Positions 1 through 14,157 of a stretch of DNA of 64,000 nt are shown piece by piece. The translations under genes and the position numbers were made by a program. The notes beneath the pieces were generated by a model. It had not been told where the DNA came from. It saw only the letters and a program-made list of their open reading frames with translations, and did no database searches. Origin of the DNA: Hydrolagus affinis (lineage: Eukaryota); the NCBI GenBank assembly GCA_012026655.1, contig JAAILG010000053.1, positions 1 through 64,000 of the forward strand. The letters are read 5' to 3'. Position 1 is the first letter of the stretch; every line of letters begins with the position of its first letter.

Positions 1-149
1 TCGTGTTATGGTTATGGGATCAAGAGAGTTTTAATAAATAAGAGAATTTGCTCTCCCTCTCTCTAGATATATATATATTGGTGCACAGTGTAGGGAGTAA
101 AAAGTCACAGAGTGGAGTCATTGTAGGAGCTATTCGGAGCTTAACCTCT

Positions 150-205
150 GTTTTATGCATGCCACGGCTTCTGTCGTTTATGGCTACGTAAGATTTACGA
201 CTTCA
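150..205. promoter_or_regulatory. Cluster of Hox/Cdx-type sites (TTTTATG, TTTATGG, GATTTACGAC) in the Hoxb3 upstream/intronic region
   Basis: Three homeodomain-type motifs within ~55 bp. Enhancer function is inferred. Confidence 0.4.
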
Positions 206-1232
206 TGCACTCTCGCTGTAAACAGACTAAAAGGGAAAGATGTTACACAAGTAGGTACATGAAAGGAAGGCCCGAACAGCGTAGGAGGCAAGGCTAGCGA
301 AAGAATTCACGTATCTGCAACTTTTTTCGCTGGCTTCACACACTTATTGTTTTAATTTTTTTGCAACGCTGACGGTTTTTTCGCTGTGGTCGTGCTCTGC
401 TTTAGAGGAGTGTTTAGGGGGTTCTCAAGACTCTACAAGACTCACATGTGTTTGGAGGGAGTGAGGCTGAAGTACTTTGCATTTTTCATTTGAAAACAAA
501 AGGTCAACCTATGCGATCAACACAGAGAAAGGTACAGCTTCACGAAGCAGGACTCACTGGTGTGTTCATTCAGGACAGATGAAAGGAGTCTTCCTCTGCA
601 GAAACGGTTAGCCAGATACTACTGTAGAACTTCTTATCGGTCGATGGCTCAGTGGATAATATAGCAAGTTTGCAAATTGTTCTGCAAACTGGATGACCTC
701 CTAGGTTCACCATCTATTGTCCTGCCTCTAACCTCTGCACAGCGGCCGGGAAAGGAACAAGCATTACGAGGTGATAATCTACCATGAACTTTCAAGGCTT
801 CAAATTGAGAGGAAATAACATTTTTCATTTGTTGCGGACATTATATATGTATACTGTATATATATATCATCTTAAATATTTATGTGACGAGCAAGTAAAT
901 TCTTTGAATGAAGTGCCAGTAATACTTGTACAATCATCAACGTCTTTCTAAGTGTATATTAATTGTTCTTTCTCACAGGACTTATTCCACAATCATTCCA
1001 CTTTACCAAAAGGACCACTAACCTTAACCATCTACTCAACTTCAAAAACAACTCTGCAAACTTTACAGCGACAGTTATTTATTTTTAATGATGCTTTATT
1101 TCTGATCATGTGCTTATTATAGACTGTTATCAATATATATCTACATCCAAAACCATCTGTCTCTATTTGCCTGTCCAGATAGATAAATAGACAGGCAGGC
1201 TGAATTGTGGAAATGATTCAGGGCAAACTTAC

Positions 1233-1299
1233 CACGAAAATCTTGCTACTTGCTGGCCAGAGGTAAAGGTGCTGATGGAGTTTTTATAAAGAGCAGCGA
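1233..1299 (-). other. hoxb3: Putative 67-nt non-coding 5' UTR exon of Hoxb3
   Basis: Minus-strand acceptor tcttttccccgctttgcag (AG at 1300-1301) and donor GTG|gtaagt (GT at 1232-1231). Hox3 genes are known to have spliced non-coding leaders. Confidence 0.55.
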
Positions 1300-3130
1300 C
1301 TGCAAAGCGGGGAAAAAGACAAGACCTTTGATTATGGAAATCGTTACAAAATCGAAACCGTTGCACACGACCTCTGAGGAAATCGACAAGAGTACTCAAT
1401 CCAATGACTGAGGAGGGGGGGAAATCTGGAGCGTCAGGAATTAGTACAACATGCATTAACAATATGTTGATATATGTCTATAGATACATACATACATATA
1501 TACACACATATATAATAAAGACAGAATTGTAGAGAATTGGAATCAAGATCAGGAGCGAGCAACTTTCACTCCCATAATGGTTTCTAAATCGCCAAACTTC
1601 TCAAACCAGAATCTTGACATTTATATTCTAAATAACTGGCGACGCTTATTTTGGTCGGAAGAGTTCTTAAATTACTGATGCAATTGTATTTGCAATTAAT
1701 CAATAAAACTATGTTTGCGTTTTTTTTATTTTGTGATTTTGTTGTGTATGTGAGTCATGCATTAAGTATATAATTTAGACCCGACACTTCATTGAGGTGC
1801 TTAGTTTTATTGTTTAGTTTTATTGCCTCTTTCCAATTACTGTTAGTTTAACTCTATTTAAAACACATATAATAGCATTCAGCCCGAATTTATTTACTAT
1901 TCCACCCGATGACCCGTGTAGATGATCGATTAGAAGGTAAGCCTTCAAAGTCTTAAAAAACATGAGAATCTTTCATTAAAAATCCGTTCTAACCTTTCAG
2001 TTGCCCCTTTATTTAACTTACGTTTAATGGTTCATTGTGGTTTGATTAAACGAACCAGAATGCTTTAAAAGGTGTAGGGTAGTTTACCACTTAAAAATAT
2101 ATTTTTCGTTATATGGTAAGCCTTAGACAATCCCACTGTCGGATGATCTCTACATTAACAGTTACAAATGATATATTCGTTTCCCTTCTGTACGTCGCAG
2201 TTATTGATTTAGAATAAAATATTCGTTGGTAAACTTTAAACAAAATGGCCTAGAATTCGGGAGATAAACATTATACACAGGGTTGATTTGACCTTTATCA
2301 GTTAGGGACATAACGTAGTTTTTAATACAGTGTTTCATCAGAACCAACAATGTAACATTTTACGTATATTGAAATGCTTACCTTTTTTTTACTATCGAAT
2401 TACTTCCCTAGACATTTTATAAAGCATGAAACGCATATAATAAAAAAACGGTGAAAAATGGTTAAAACCATAATAATAATAAAGATTACATGTACGTATG
2501 AGGCCAAACCCTAGTCCCCTTAATAGAACAAAGGATCAAGATTCAGAAGCGGGTTAGTGTCTGTGTTCACCTGTTATTTTTAAGTGAACGAATAGTTTTA
2601 CTTTTCATATGTTGGTAAAAAATATATCTTAAAATTACATAGCGCTAAATCTTCACATAAATGCATTTTTATGGCATTTATGGGCAAGGGTAGATTAAAA
2701 GGTTCCAATTCGACTCTGCTGAGCAGTAAACCCCTGCGTTATTTACTTTGCCTGTGAAACAAAGCTTTCTGAACCATTAGTAGTTGTGACTTTATTTTCT
2801 GAAATTCGTTTCTTTTCTAAAAAATGAAGATAAAAAGATTGTGTTTGAAGGAAGATCGAGATAAAAGTTTATTTTATTGTTACTGTTATAAAACACAGAG
2901 GGCGGGATTCTCGAACACACGCGGGCAGAATTATAGTTGAGAAAAGACGGTGAGAATTTATTCTACCAACTAATGTACAGCCTTTTGGGGTATCAGGAGG
3001 GTATTTAAGCATTTGCAGTTGTGACGAGGTGGAGAAGAAAATAAAGGAAAAGAAATAAAGAATGCCTTGGCTCATTGTGACAGATATAAGCCTCTCTCTC
3101 AATGACCTTTGGTGAACAGCAATAACTCAC

Positions 3131-3400
3131 CACATTAATGATCAATCAACGGGAAGTGTTTTGAAATGCCTCCAAAATAATAATCCGTCCCACTATCCCA
3201 GGCTTTCTTTGCGATTCCATATAATCCTCTATAAGAGACATTAACGCCAAAAGATATCGTCTCGTGACCCGATTTGTTTTTTTTAAATGGCTTGTAAATA
3301 ATCAGAGTACTGACTGGGTGATCACAGCCGGGAGAGAGAGAGCCGAAAGCTTTCCATCCAAGCACCAAAGTAATGCGCCTGGATTATGCATCCACGTGGT
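3131..3400 (-). other. hoxb3: Putative Hoxb3 promoter/first non-coding exon (5' limit approximate)
   Basis: Donor GTG|gtgagt at 3130-3125 followed by TGTTCAccaaAGGTCA. E-box CCACGTGG near 3392. The sequence resembles the mammalian HOXB3 leader as recalled. Confidence 0.5.
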
Positions 3401-6400
3401 CAGTACGTCAACGTTTCCCCATTTTATACAGACTTTAGGAATTGTTAATTGAACTCGTGTTTTTTTGTGCGAAGGAGTTCTGAAAATTCCAGCTTCAAGC
3501 ATTTCCCCCAAAAATCTCCACTGACCACCGAGGATTTAGATGCATTCTACCAACTCCGTTTTTACATTTTTTTCTGCATTAAAGATAAGAAAAAGGTAGG
3601 TTGGTGTTATTCTAAAACTTCCTATACTAATATAATTTACTTTTTTTTAAAATGTAATCCAGTTCAATAAATTTGGAGACATTTTTTTCAAACGTTCTTT
3701 CCAGTTATAGCAAACCAATTTAGATTTTGTTTCCCCAGAGAGAACATAATGATGAAAAGCCTGCTTTGAATCAGAATTGATAACCTATGCTCCACGCCTG
3801 TGATTGTGGGCATGGTTTACACCCACGCACAGATTTTTGAAAGAAATAGGGGGACTTCAGAATTAAACGCCTTATTTATTCCTAACAGCCAAAAGGTTGC
3901 CCCACAGCAAGTACACGATCTCTTGCAATGAGATCATACATTACACTGTAAAATTAACAGCATGCCGCACAGTTAAGCTAATGCCCTTTTAACTTTGAAC
4001 AAATAAAACTAAAATCAATCCATAGTTTATGTCGTAACTGTAAAACATGAATTACATTGCAGATTTTTGCATTAACTGGTTTTGCTCAAGTATATTATGC
4101 AAACTGTCTTCTGTAATTCACACTAAACACTGGGAATGGCGATTTGAACATGTTACAAAATTTTGATTCAAACTGCACCATCGGAATCTCTGTATGTTAC
4201 AACCGCAAATCCATGATTAGATATAACTTTTCAAATTTAATAGATTTTATATTTTGAGGGCGAACGTTCAATGTAATAATAGATCTTATATTGCACAAAA
4301 AGTGCAACATAATATATAATGGCATATTTTCCGCAGTAAATATTTTATATGACCTATTAATACATAAATGGTGCCGAATGTGACATTTGACCTGTGGCAC
4401 AGTGACGTAACGCCTGGTTTACGCTGTATAATTTGTTTTATTCCTTTTCTCGTTTCCCTTGCTGCTATATCACGTGACTGCAGCAACCCAAAGTGCAGAA
4501 ATGAACACGAAATTGAAATTAAAATTAAAAAACTGCAACAAATAAAATATGAAACAATGCAACACGCTGTTTGTGGTTTGCCACAAAGGATTGATTGAAT
4601 GGGTTAGTGTAAAAATTAAACAGAGGGCCTTTGATCTGTGAAGCTAACCGGCATAGCAACACCCCCAGATTTGAAGCACCACAAAAGGCGAAATACAGAA
4701 GGAAAGAGTTAATCTTTGATTAAGGGGCTTGCAATCCACTGTTTGTAACAAATGCCCAATTGCCTACAATGTAGTGAGCACATCTCAGGTTAGTGAGAAT
4801 GTAATGGGCTGTGTGAAAAGAAAGAAAGGGGCATCTAAAAAGATAAACAAGATTTGCTGTTTGCTGGACGTGACCATAAAGGCAAACAAACAGACGGTTC
4901 TGTTTAATGGCAGATATGTTTTGGCGCCTACAGTTTGGACTGGATTCCTCAGCATATTATTAACCATTTGGCAGGTTTTCATTCAGCTGCAGGCAGATGT
5001 AAAATAAATTTAAACGAGTTGGGAGTGGGGGGTGGGTGGGGGGGGGGGAGGGGGCGGGAGTGTGGGGGAGAATTTAATGCAAAGCAATTTTCTGCTAAAA
5101 TCAGAGGCAAGATTATCATTGTCTTGCTGAGAAACATGCCTTAGGAAATTGTAGCCTCTTAAAATATTTTTCTTTAACAAAATATCGTAGGAGATTCGGA
5201 ATGATTGTTACTATTTTAGACAGAATTCTACTTTTCTACAATGTCAAGTCATGCTCTAGAATTGCAACGCAATCGATCACTAATAACTTTATGCGGTTAT
5301 TGATTAAATGGAATTCACCTTTTAAAAGCATAAAAGTCGAATTAAACATTCACAGGCTGTTAGAAGGTTATCTTATCATTTTGTTTAAAATTAAAAGGCC
5401 AGACACCAAGTATAGCAACTTTTAAGACGATATGAGAAAACTAAGAAGTCGAAAACTACAATAAGTAACCACAGCTTTCTTCGGTCATAAATCATGTTCC
5501 CATACATCTTGTGGATAACACCCTAACCAAAAATGCTTTTGAAGTCGCTTACAACTTCAGATGTGTCAACAGTCATCAAACGTACGCTAAAACCAAACGT
5601 TTAACAGTTTTGAGATCTTTCCCAAAGTTGGGGGGTGGGGGTGGAGAGGGGAGTAGAGTTTTTCAGACGTATTTTCATCAGCTTCTCAAATGGGGAGGGA
5701 GGCGCAGGTCTGTCTTCATCCGTTACACACACACGTTAGCACAGTTAGCAAAGGAAAACCAACTCTCTCATGTCAAGTTATAATCCATTAATTATTGATT
5801 GCATTGGAATTCAACGTGAGTTGCAGATAAATTCACTTACCTGTTGGATCACTGCATTGGAACTTTGGAAAAAGATCAATGTATTTGGAAATTTACTCTC
5901 AGGTGTTGGGGTGCACCAAAAGGAGTTTGCACCCCAGTGAAACAAGATTCAGTCAGGAAAATTCTGGGAATGCTATGCAATAGTGAATTGCCTAACATGA
6001 TTGAAATCAACTAGCAATTGTTGGTGGATGCCTGTTATCTTTGCCTACCTCCCAGTTGTATTATAACATGAAGGTGCGCAAGACCGAAAACACACTCGAG
6101 TGCTGTTTAATTGTTGTGAGTGTTCTATAGGTGCTAAAAAAAAAGCAACACATAGAATATCAATCGATAAGTAAAGATAGATTACTGCCAGCGGCCTAGG
6201 AATCTAAAAAAAAGTTTCACGGAACTTACATAAGGATATAGGTAAACGTGTCCAATTGGAACTGGCTTGTGCAATGCAACGAGAAAAGTGATGCCATATG
6301 AGTTCAGTGAGGGCAGAATCAGGAGTTTCACTGTCAAGCCGCCTTCGGTTAAACTGCCCTCTATCCCACAGAGATCCCATTCCCTCTTGACTGCACTTGT

Positions 6401-9400
6401 TCTATCAGTTTTCCAATACTCTATTTCTGTAATATTTTTAAAATACAAAGTCTTGATTCTTGAAAAAACTCTATTTTCAGAGAATCAAGTTTCAAAATTA
6501 GGTAGGTGTAAATGAAGTTACCACCACCTCAATCAGTTTTATTCCACAAATTACACAGTGAGAAATAATTGCTCCTTTGAGACCGCCTATATTTCAACAT
6601 AGGGAGATTAGTTGGGAGATTTTGACCAAAATAAGAATTTCTGGAAGTATTTTGAGACCTTCATTGGACAATAATTATTGTGACCATCATTAAAAAGTCA
6701 TAAAATGTAAGCATGATTCTCCCGTAAACGGAAAAAGAGGAAATGAGTTTAGTTTGCGTTAGCATTTCAAGAGCAGAGGTTAGAGTCACAGCAATTTCAG
6801 TATTTTATTTTTAGACTGCAAACATCCACAGGTCTCGGAAGAGCAGCAATATAATTTATCACACTTGTCTTTACTACAGCTAATTTGGTCAGTTGGTGAA
6901 AGGTGTTGAAACGCTATGACTTATAAATCGAGGAACTTTCACACACTACACTTTCATATACCTGATTTAAATATATATGTATTTTTTTTAAAAAGTCAGA
7001 TTAAATTTTACCATAACAAACACAACGCATATTGACCGAGACATGTTACATCCAGTACATCTCGATTAACCCATGCAACATAATTTTGCAAGTGGTAATT
7101 TTCTACCGACTTTATATTATTTAATGATTTATATGATAGTGCGTCTCTCGTTTAATGTGCCAATTTCCTTTTGAATTTTTGCTTGCTCATTGTCTTTCTC
7201 CTTTAATTGGCAGCGTGAAGGTTTCCATTGCTGCTCCCAGAAAATAAAAGGAGCTCTTATTTTTGAATATAACGTGGTAAAGACTTTTCTGGAGCTGACA
7301 TAAAATGTCACTGTTTAAATATGAGGAAACATAAGTAGATTGCACCGTAGTCCAATCCCCTGCTCTGTCATAGTTTGGTACAGTTCCCGGGCAGAGAAAA
7401 GTATTGTAATTTTTCATCAGTTTTAAATAGCCTTGCAAAGTCTACAAAGTACATGAGCTGAAAGAACGATCATGATTTATTATGGGGAGTGTAATTACCT
7501 CTATATTAAATAACCATCTTAGAAACATAGCGCTTACTCTTGACTGCGTGGCTTTGGCTTCGTGCAAATGTGACAGTTCTCGTGACGTTAAAACATTAAA
7601 GTTTATCCGATCGGTTTAAAGGATGTCATCAACACTGATGAAAGCGGGAATTAGCAGGAGGGAATGCAGTGTAAGAGTGTGCAGCGGCCACTACAGACCC
7701 TCACTCCTCGAATTCGTTCGCAAATTTTAAAAATATATTTTTCTACAATTGTATTCTTGTTTCATGCAGGTGAATGTAATCTATAGGAAAGAGAAAAAGA
7801 AACGGTGATCATTTAAACAATAATTGGCATTCCACGATTAGTGGTGCTGAAATGAAATTACAAAATATTCCGATCTGTACTCTCTGCTTGTTGCGTTTCG
7901 TCCTCTATGTGCGATTGGGGGCTTGCACGCTTCAATATATTAGCTTTGGCTCCTATCCTTGATTTCTATACAAAGCAGTGAACCGCTAGTTAAAGAGAAG
8001 CTTAGGAACAAAGCCTTGAAGAGGTGGGGTTTCGTTCAGTGAGTCGCCGCGCCATTGTCAGGGTTGTTTTATAGCACAGTTATGGTATTTAAATAAAGAG
8101 AGGTGTAAATTCAAAGCAACAGAACACACATCGTTTGGGGGTTTAAATGTTTTTGTAATGAAAGAGTCTATTTTGCTTTTCCCTAGCATAAATTATTTTA
8201 TATTTGTTTTACTCGGATTCTGCAATGTGTGTCTGTTAACGAATGCCAACACGATCCATCTTCGTTGAGGGCATCGAGTCACATTATTTTTCCATTTTGG
8301 TGCTGGGACTTATCAATTAATAAAGCCCCATTGAAACCAGGGTCAGACTTACAAGGAAATTTACACAACTCTGCGTTGGAAGCTAAGCAATATCCAATTG
8401 TGCTCATGTATCGATTTTCTAACGCTTTCTTTATGTTGTTTGTTGCTTTTCACAGAAGCTTTTAGGAAAATGAAGAAAATCGACATCGTCGAAACTTGTC
8501 AATCTTTGAAGGAATTTCGTGCTTTTATATTGTGTTCTTATTTAAAGGACACAACTGCCATTCAGATTGAGAAAACACAGATATCGTTTTGTTACTGACA
8601 AACCTAACCTTTGCCAATCGAGTTCCATAGCTATTCTGTTTCACCTTTTGTAAAATATACGTATATTTACTTTACACATAAATTATCTGCATATACTGTA
8701 TAAGAAAAAAGGTACTGTATATGTCTTGCTCCTTAAAATTGTCCTGAACTAAAGTAATTGTCGTAACGTTTCATAGAATTCTATATCTACTCTTATTTTT
8801 ATTGAATCTTACCTTTGTTGATTAATATCTTAAACAATAAAAAATCATACAATTCCCTTAATCATCCTAATTCATACCTAATCTGAAACAGCCCCTAAAA
8901 ACAAGAGGACACTTGTGCTGAGACAGAATCCGAATCTTCCAGAAGAGATGCGTGTATCAGTGGAGATGGTCCACGCCGACTGTAGCCATTAATATTTAAT
9001 GCCAATCAGTGGGTTATACTAATTTTACAACATAAAGGTTTGCACTAACGATCGGTGTTAAATGTTACGCTGCTATTAATGGTTTTAGCTTGACTGGCTG
9101 GCGTCCAATCAGAGAATAAAAGAAGCGAGCCTCATTGAAGTCTGTTAGTCTTTGCTCATTTTCAAAATTGGGTTTACAATTCATTTCAGGTCACCCCAAG
9201 CACCTCCTTTACTAGGTTTTTATTCCAATGAGGCGTTCCGTTTTAAAGAATTCATACAAAACTCTCCATAATTGGTAATCACGGATACTGTAATTTAAGA
9301 CCCCCAGCTATAGCTTTCATATTATCCTCTGATCTATTGCTACAAATCGGCCGCAATAATCAGCTCTGGGGAGAGTATTAGAGTCCTTCCTCATTCCTGA

Positions 9401-12028
9401 ATATCATCACTTGCACATCATTCTCAAAGCGTGATTTATAACACAGGCGAACATAAACAACACACAACTTACACACACAATGGCATCCATAGTGGCGCTG
9501 ACATATTTTGCAATAAATCAAGGTGCAAAGGGGAACAGAGAAAACGTGCAAATATCAATGAAAAATAAGGAAATAAACAAACATAGCACCGCGGAAACTT
9601 GGAGGAAAGAAAGACGCCATTCGTCAGATTTTATGGCAGTCTTAAAAACATAAATAACACACATAATATTTACATAGATGGACACGAGGCAGTGTGGTTG
9701 TACTTACAATAAACCAGCCCACGGTGTGTGCCTCTTCCCAAAATTGTTTTATTCCAGCCTCTCTTGTTATAGGCTTGTTTTTAAAAGGACAGTAGAGTTT
9801 CACGTCAGACACAGGGAAACCATGTCGGCGATTTACGGAGGAATACATATCTATTCTGCAACAGCTGCATTAATTATTTAATGAGTCACGTGACTGAGGG
9901 GGAGGGGGGGGGGGATTTCAAAATCATACTCCAAGGAGAAGACTGACCTTCCACTCGAAGAGCAGAGAGTTTCTTTAATAGTCTCCCTCTTAAACATAGT
10001 ATTGGCGCAGCTCATTGTCTCTGTTTAAACAAAGTGGGCAACAGAGGATATGTGGTAAGTCGGTTGGGTTTTAGGGACAAGTGTGAACATATAGGATCTA
10101 AACGCGTTATGAGCTTTCAAAGTCCCATCTTTCGCATCTTGATTCGTTTCTTCCAAGTCACAGCACACGCTGCTCCACGGTATTGTGTTGTGCAACGGGA
10201 GCTGATTCATTATATGCACCAAAGTTAGAGTAATACTGCCGGGTTATCGGATCCCTGCGTGCTTTGCACTAATGCATTTTACCACAAGTTTAGTTTATCA
10301 TTTCATTGACTTTCCACTTCAACTTTTTAGTGGGTTTGTCTAGCTCCCGTCTGCTTCCTGCTTCTGGCTTAGCTGTCTCTGGCAGTACAGTGTGAAAGCA
10401 TTGTTTCATCTTCACAAGATGAACCATTCAGTCGCTTCTTTAATCTGTACAAAACCAGCTACGATTCGCTACCAGTAACACAAAGGTCACATTAAAAGTC
10501 CTCATCCCTCAGAACATAAGCTTTTTGAAACAATAATTTGAATAAAATCCACATTTAAAGAAGGGAGATTGTCTTCTCTAAGATCTCAATTGTTTTAAGA
10601 GAGCTGTGTGATAGAGACATAGTGTGTGGGCGTGAGGGGGGGGGGGGGGGGAATCTTATACCTATTTCTAGTGGCAATAATGTTAAAACAATACCGTAAT
10701 GGGAAACGTGTCCCTAGAAACAAATTTGACACGGTTGTGAATATCTACAGTCACGTTTCATCCTACGGATTGTGGCTGCTTTCTGAATCTAAAATCAATT
10801 GTGGCAACTTATGCTGAGAATCAAGATTATTTCGTTTCAGAAATAAACTTCGTCGTTTTAGTAAGCATCAGTTTATTCATTAAGAATATTAAACTAATTA
10901 TATAGTATATAAATATAATCATAAACCTATTATTCCTGGGTATGCCATATTTACGTTAACCCCTCATTAATGTGTTTTGAATAATAATAAAAATACTATA
11001 TATTTGATTTTGCTTATAAAATTAATGGCGGAAAACGTAATGTAAGAACAAATTCCTATTGTGAAAGGAAAAAGAATGCAATGCAACAGTATACAATATT
11101 TCCATATATTCGTCTATATTTTTAAATTCAGATTTCCCAGTCTTTCTGAGCTGGAATGATCCTTTCCCTACTTTGACTACATTTCTGTTGTATAAAAACA
11201 CAATTGAAATATCATGAAATGAGAACAAGGAATGCAACGCATTTAACCTACGCCTCAGTTACACGCACCCTCTTGCAGAACTTGTACTTGCTAATAATTG
11301 TTTTTTATTATTATGGTAAAAGCAGTTTGTGTTTTACGGTTGGACAAGTAAATCAAGAACCAGCAGTAAGGTTCCCTTTTAAGCGTTCGAGTAAATTGAC
11401 ACTGTTTAGCGAATCCAGATTAATAACAGCTTGCATATTGCGCACACCACATTTTTGCAAAAGGAATGCAAAAATGTTGTTTATTTAAAAATCTGCATTC
11501 AAGAGGTAAATGCTGTGTTTGTAAAGCAACAAATCATATTTCCCATAACAGACATACAACCAAGTAAAACGCCAACCTTCAGCATCTTGCTCAACCGTTT
11601 AGACAAAGTGAGGCAACGAGACAATGGCTTCGTTCCATCTATTGTGTCCGATTTTAAGACACTTTAGTTTAAGGTGTGTAACGTGTGGGTGGGAGGCATT
11701 CAACGTTTAATTTTATTTCACACTGATGGTTCCCCCACCCCCACCCCACCCCCCAACGAACAACAATACACCATCTCAGGACCTGTATTGGCTTATTTTT
11801 CTTTACATGCAAACTGAGGTACTTGCACTCAGCAAAGGCTAACGGAACACAGCTACTTTTCAGTCAGCGGAGCACAGATTTTGAGTCCAGTGAACGAGCG
11901 GTAACCCTGGTGTGTTTTATATCCTTTAGCATTGGGAATGTTCAGATAGAACAGAGTCCTGTCTTAAAGGTCAAGGGTTTCAGGGGGTCAGACTGCTAGG
12001 ATAAAAACAGCTAATCGGATAGAAAAGT

Positions 12029-12045
12029 TGCCCTCTCAATGAACC
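12029..12045 (-). promoter_or_regulatory. DR5 retinoic acid response element, likely the Hoxb4 early neural enhancer (ENE)
   Basis: Minus strand reads GGTTCA ttgag AGGGCA, ~2.7 kb 3' of the Hoxb4 stop. It matches the position and spacer of the mouse ENE-RARE (AGTTCAtggagAGGCCA, recalled). Confidence 0.8.
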
Positions 12046-12472
12046 TCTCCGCTCTGCACGATGACTGACCAACACAGGCGCTGATTTTATTTCAATAAAA
12101 CATTTCTTAAAAATCACAAATCACCCCCCCAAAAAAGAAACAAACTGCAAATTTGAACCAGACTCTGCAAGTGGTGTATCTTACTGTGTGTCTGGAGATA
12201 TTCAGTATCGGTATAGCTTCACAGATAATTGGGTTAAGAGCATTAAAACAATATGATGTCAGCTAAAATGATTTTTTTTTCTGTTACCTTTAGTTTCACC
12301 ATCTCCCGATCTCGAGATCTGAGCACTTTCACGATTTTTAATCATAGCTGAGAAAGAATCGTCCAAGCTGACTGACAAATCCCAGGCTGCCCACATATTT
12401 CTGAAGAAAACTGGAGGAGCTTCACTATTTTTTCCCGAGACGACCCGTCCAGATTTGCTGTTGAATAACAAT

Positions 12473-12522
12473 GGGAGAAGTATTTAAAGAAAGAAGTGAT
12501 TAATGATTTCAAGTTAATTCTC
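12473..12522 (-). promoter_or_regulatory. CR3 / late neural enhancer (Hox auto/cross-regulatory element shared by Hoxb4 and the distal Hoxb3 promoter)
   Basis: Minus strand GAGAATTAACTTGAAATCATTAATCACTTCTTTCTTTAAATAC resembles the recalled CR3 core. Contains two TAAT sites and a Pbx-Hox TGATTAAT at 12497-12504. Confidence 0.75.
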
Positions 12523-13740
12523 GCATTTTCAGAAGTGCTCTGGCTACAAATAATGCCTGTGAACTTTAGTTCTATAGCTTGTATTCAGAGCCTTTGGGAA
12601 CAGGCTTGTGGAAGGCACTGACTGCCCAGTGACTGTGAGAATAAAGCAAACTGCACCTATTGCGGGACAATCAATGGACAATACTGGTTTATTTTACCAC
12701 CTTATCTAAAAATAAAACATCTAAGAGATTTAGAATAATAATTCAGAACGGAAATGTTAGATGTGGATGAGATTAAAATAAGCCTTCAAAAAGTCTAAAT
12801 TTTTTATTCCTGCCAGGAAGATTACATGCACACACAAAATAGTTTTTATGGGGACTTCTTAGATAAGTATAAATAATCAAGTACAACTCTTTGTGTTGTC
12901 CTTAAATACGGTCGTGGCTCATGTTTTTCTTCATGACTTTTTGGTACAATTGAATACATAAATCATTCTACTGCATTTTTTAAATGGAAAAACGTACTAG
13001 TTTGAAGATTTATCAAAAAAGACCACATTCGCCCTATTGTGATAACTGGTGTCTTCTGATTTACACTTGAAATGAAAGCTAACACGGTTGTGACTTCGAA
13101 ATACGGTTTTACAACAGTGTTGTGTTAAATGAAACGTTTGAACCAAAACGCTGAAACTAATAGCTCAAAACCTTTAAAGTATTGACTCATTGTAATGTAT
13201 ACGAACATTGCACATCCATATGCACCTCAGTTGATAATTCGGTAACGGATGTTCTATATAGGGTATATATTCAGCTCCCAGATTGTACATGCAATGTGTT
13301 ATACGAAAGAAAATTAAAATTAACACAGAGCTTCATCTGACAAAAGAGATCATTTGTCTCCTTGATTATCCAGTTGCTTGTCAAAGCCTGAACCATTACA
13401 CCATCGAATCCTTTTCCAATATATGAACACATACACACAAAGAAAAGGTACTGCAAAAATGGAACAAATGAATTAAACATTCACACATTCGAGATTGCAA
13501 AATCCAAAAGATACTAATTATGCAAATAAAGCTAAAGTTAATGAAAACACATAGTGAAATTAAATGGACAAACCTCCCTTCAAAAAATATCCCTTTTTTA
13601 AAAAAAAACCAAACGTGCTAAATTGTTAGGAGTCTGCACTGTTGTACCAGTTGAGGAAATTTAACATTGTAAGTCTAAACCTTGGTCATGTCTTAAGCTT
13701 CCTTTTGACATTTTCTTTGCAGAGCCAATGTCCTTTGTTC

Positions 13741-13808
13741 CGCCCCCACCCCCACCCCCCCTCCCACCCCCACCCCACACACACATACACACAAACACAC
13801 ACACACAT
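13741..13808. repeat. Poly-C tract followed by (CA)n microsatellite
   Basis: Seen directly. Confidence 0.9.
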
Positions 13809-14151
13809 ATAGATAGCATTATGGTTTGAAGATACACATTGCTATGGTAAAATCTCATCCATTGATTTCACTGCAAGAAAGACAAAAGAAAATATAGACC
13901 TTGAACATTTTATTTTGATTATTATTTACACGTATTTGGTTTGGGTGACAGTCTACAGAACAATGTGAGGGCATAGACTGTTGACGAAAAAAACAGACCC
14001 CTATGGGCCCAATGTAGTGGCTGCTAAACTTCATAGCCTGGAATGTCATAAAGAGTGATGAGAAAACTAAAACAGTTTATCTATCCATTTTCCACCCTTG
14101 GCTTTCTGAAAAAGTACATTCTTTGATACGACCAGAAACAAGTACTGTTCA

Positions 14152-14157
14152 TTTATT
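14152..14157 (-). terminator. Candidate Hoxb4 polyadenylation signal AATAAA
   Basis: TTTATT on the + strand ~600 nt past the stop. Other candidates exist near 14270 and 13910. Confidence 0.4.

Noticed and set aside
640-720. TGGCTCAGTGG A-box-like motif suggesting a tRNA or SINE head
   Set aside because: No convincing B-box, cloverleaf or SINE body.
5908-5935. Short hairpin GGGGTGCA...TGCACCCC
   Set aside because: An 8-bp stem is expected by chance; no other support.
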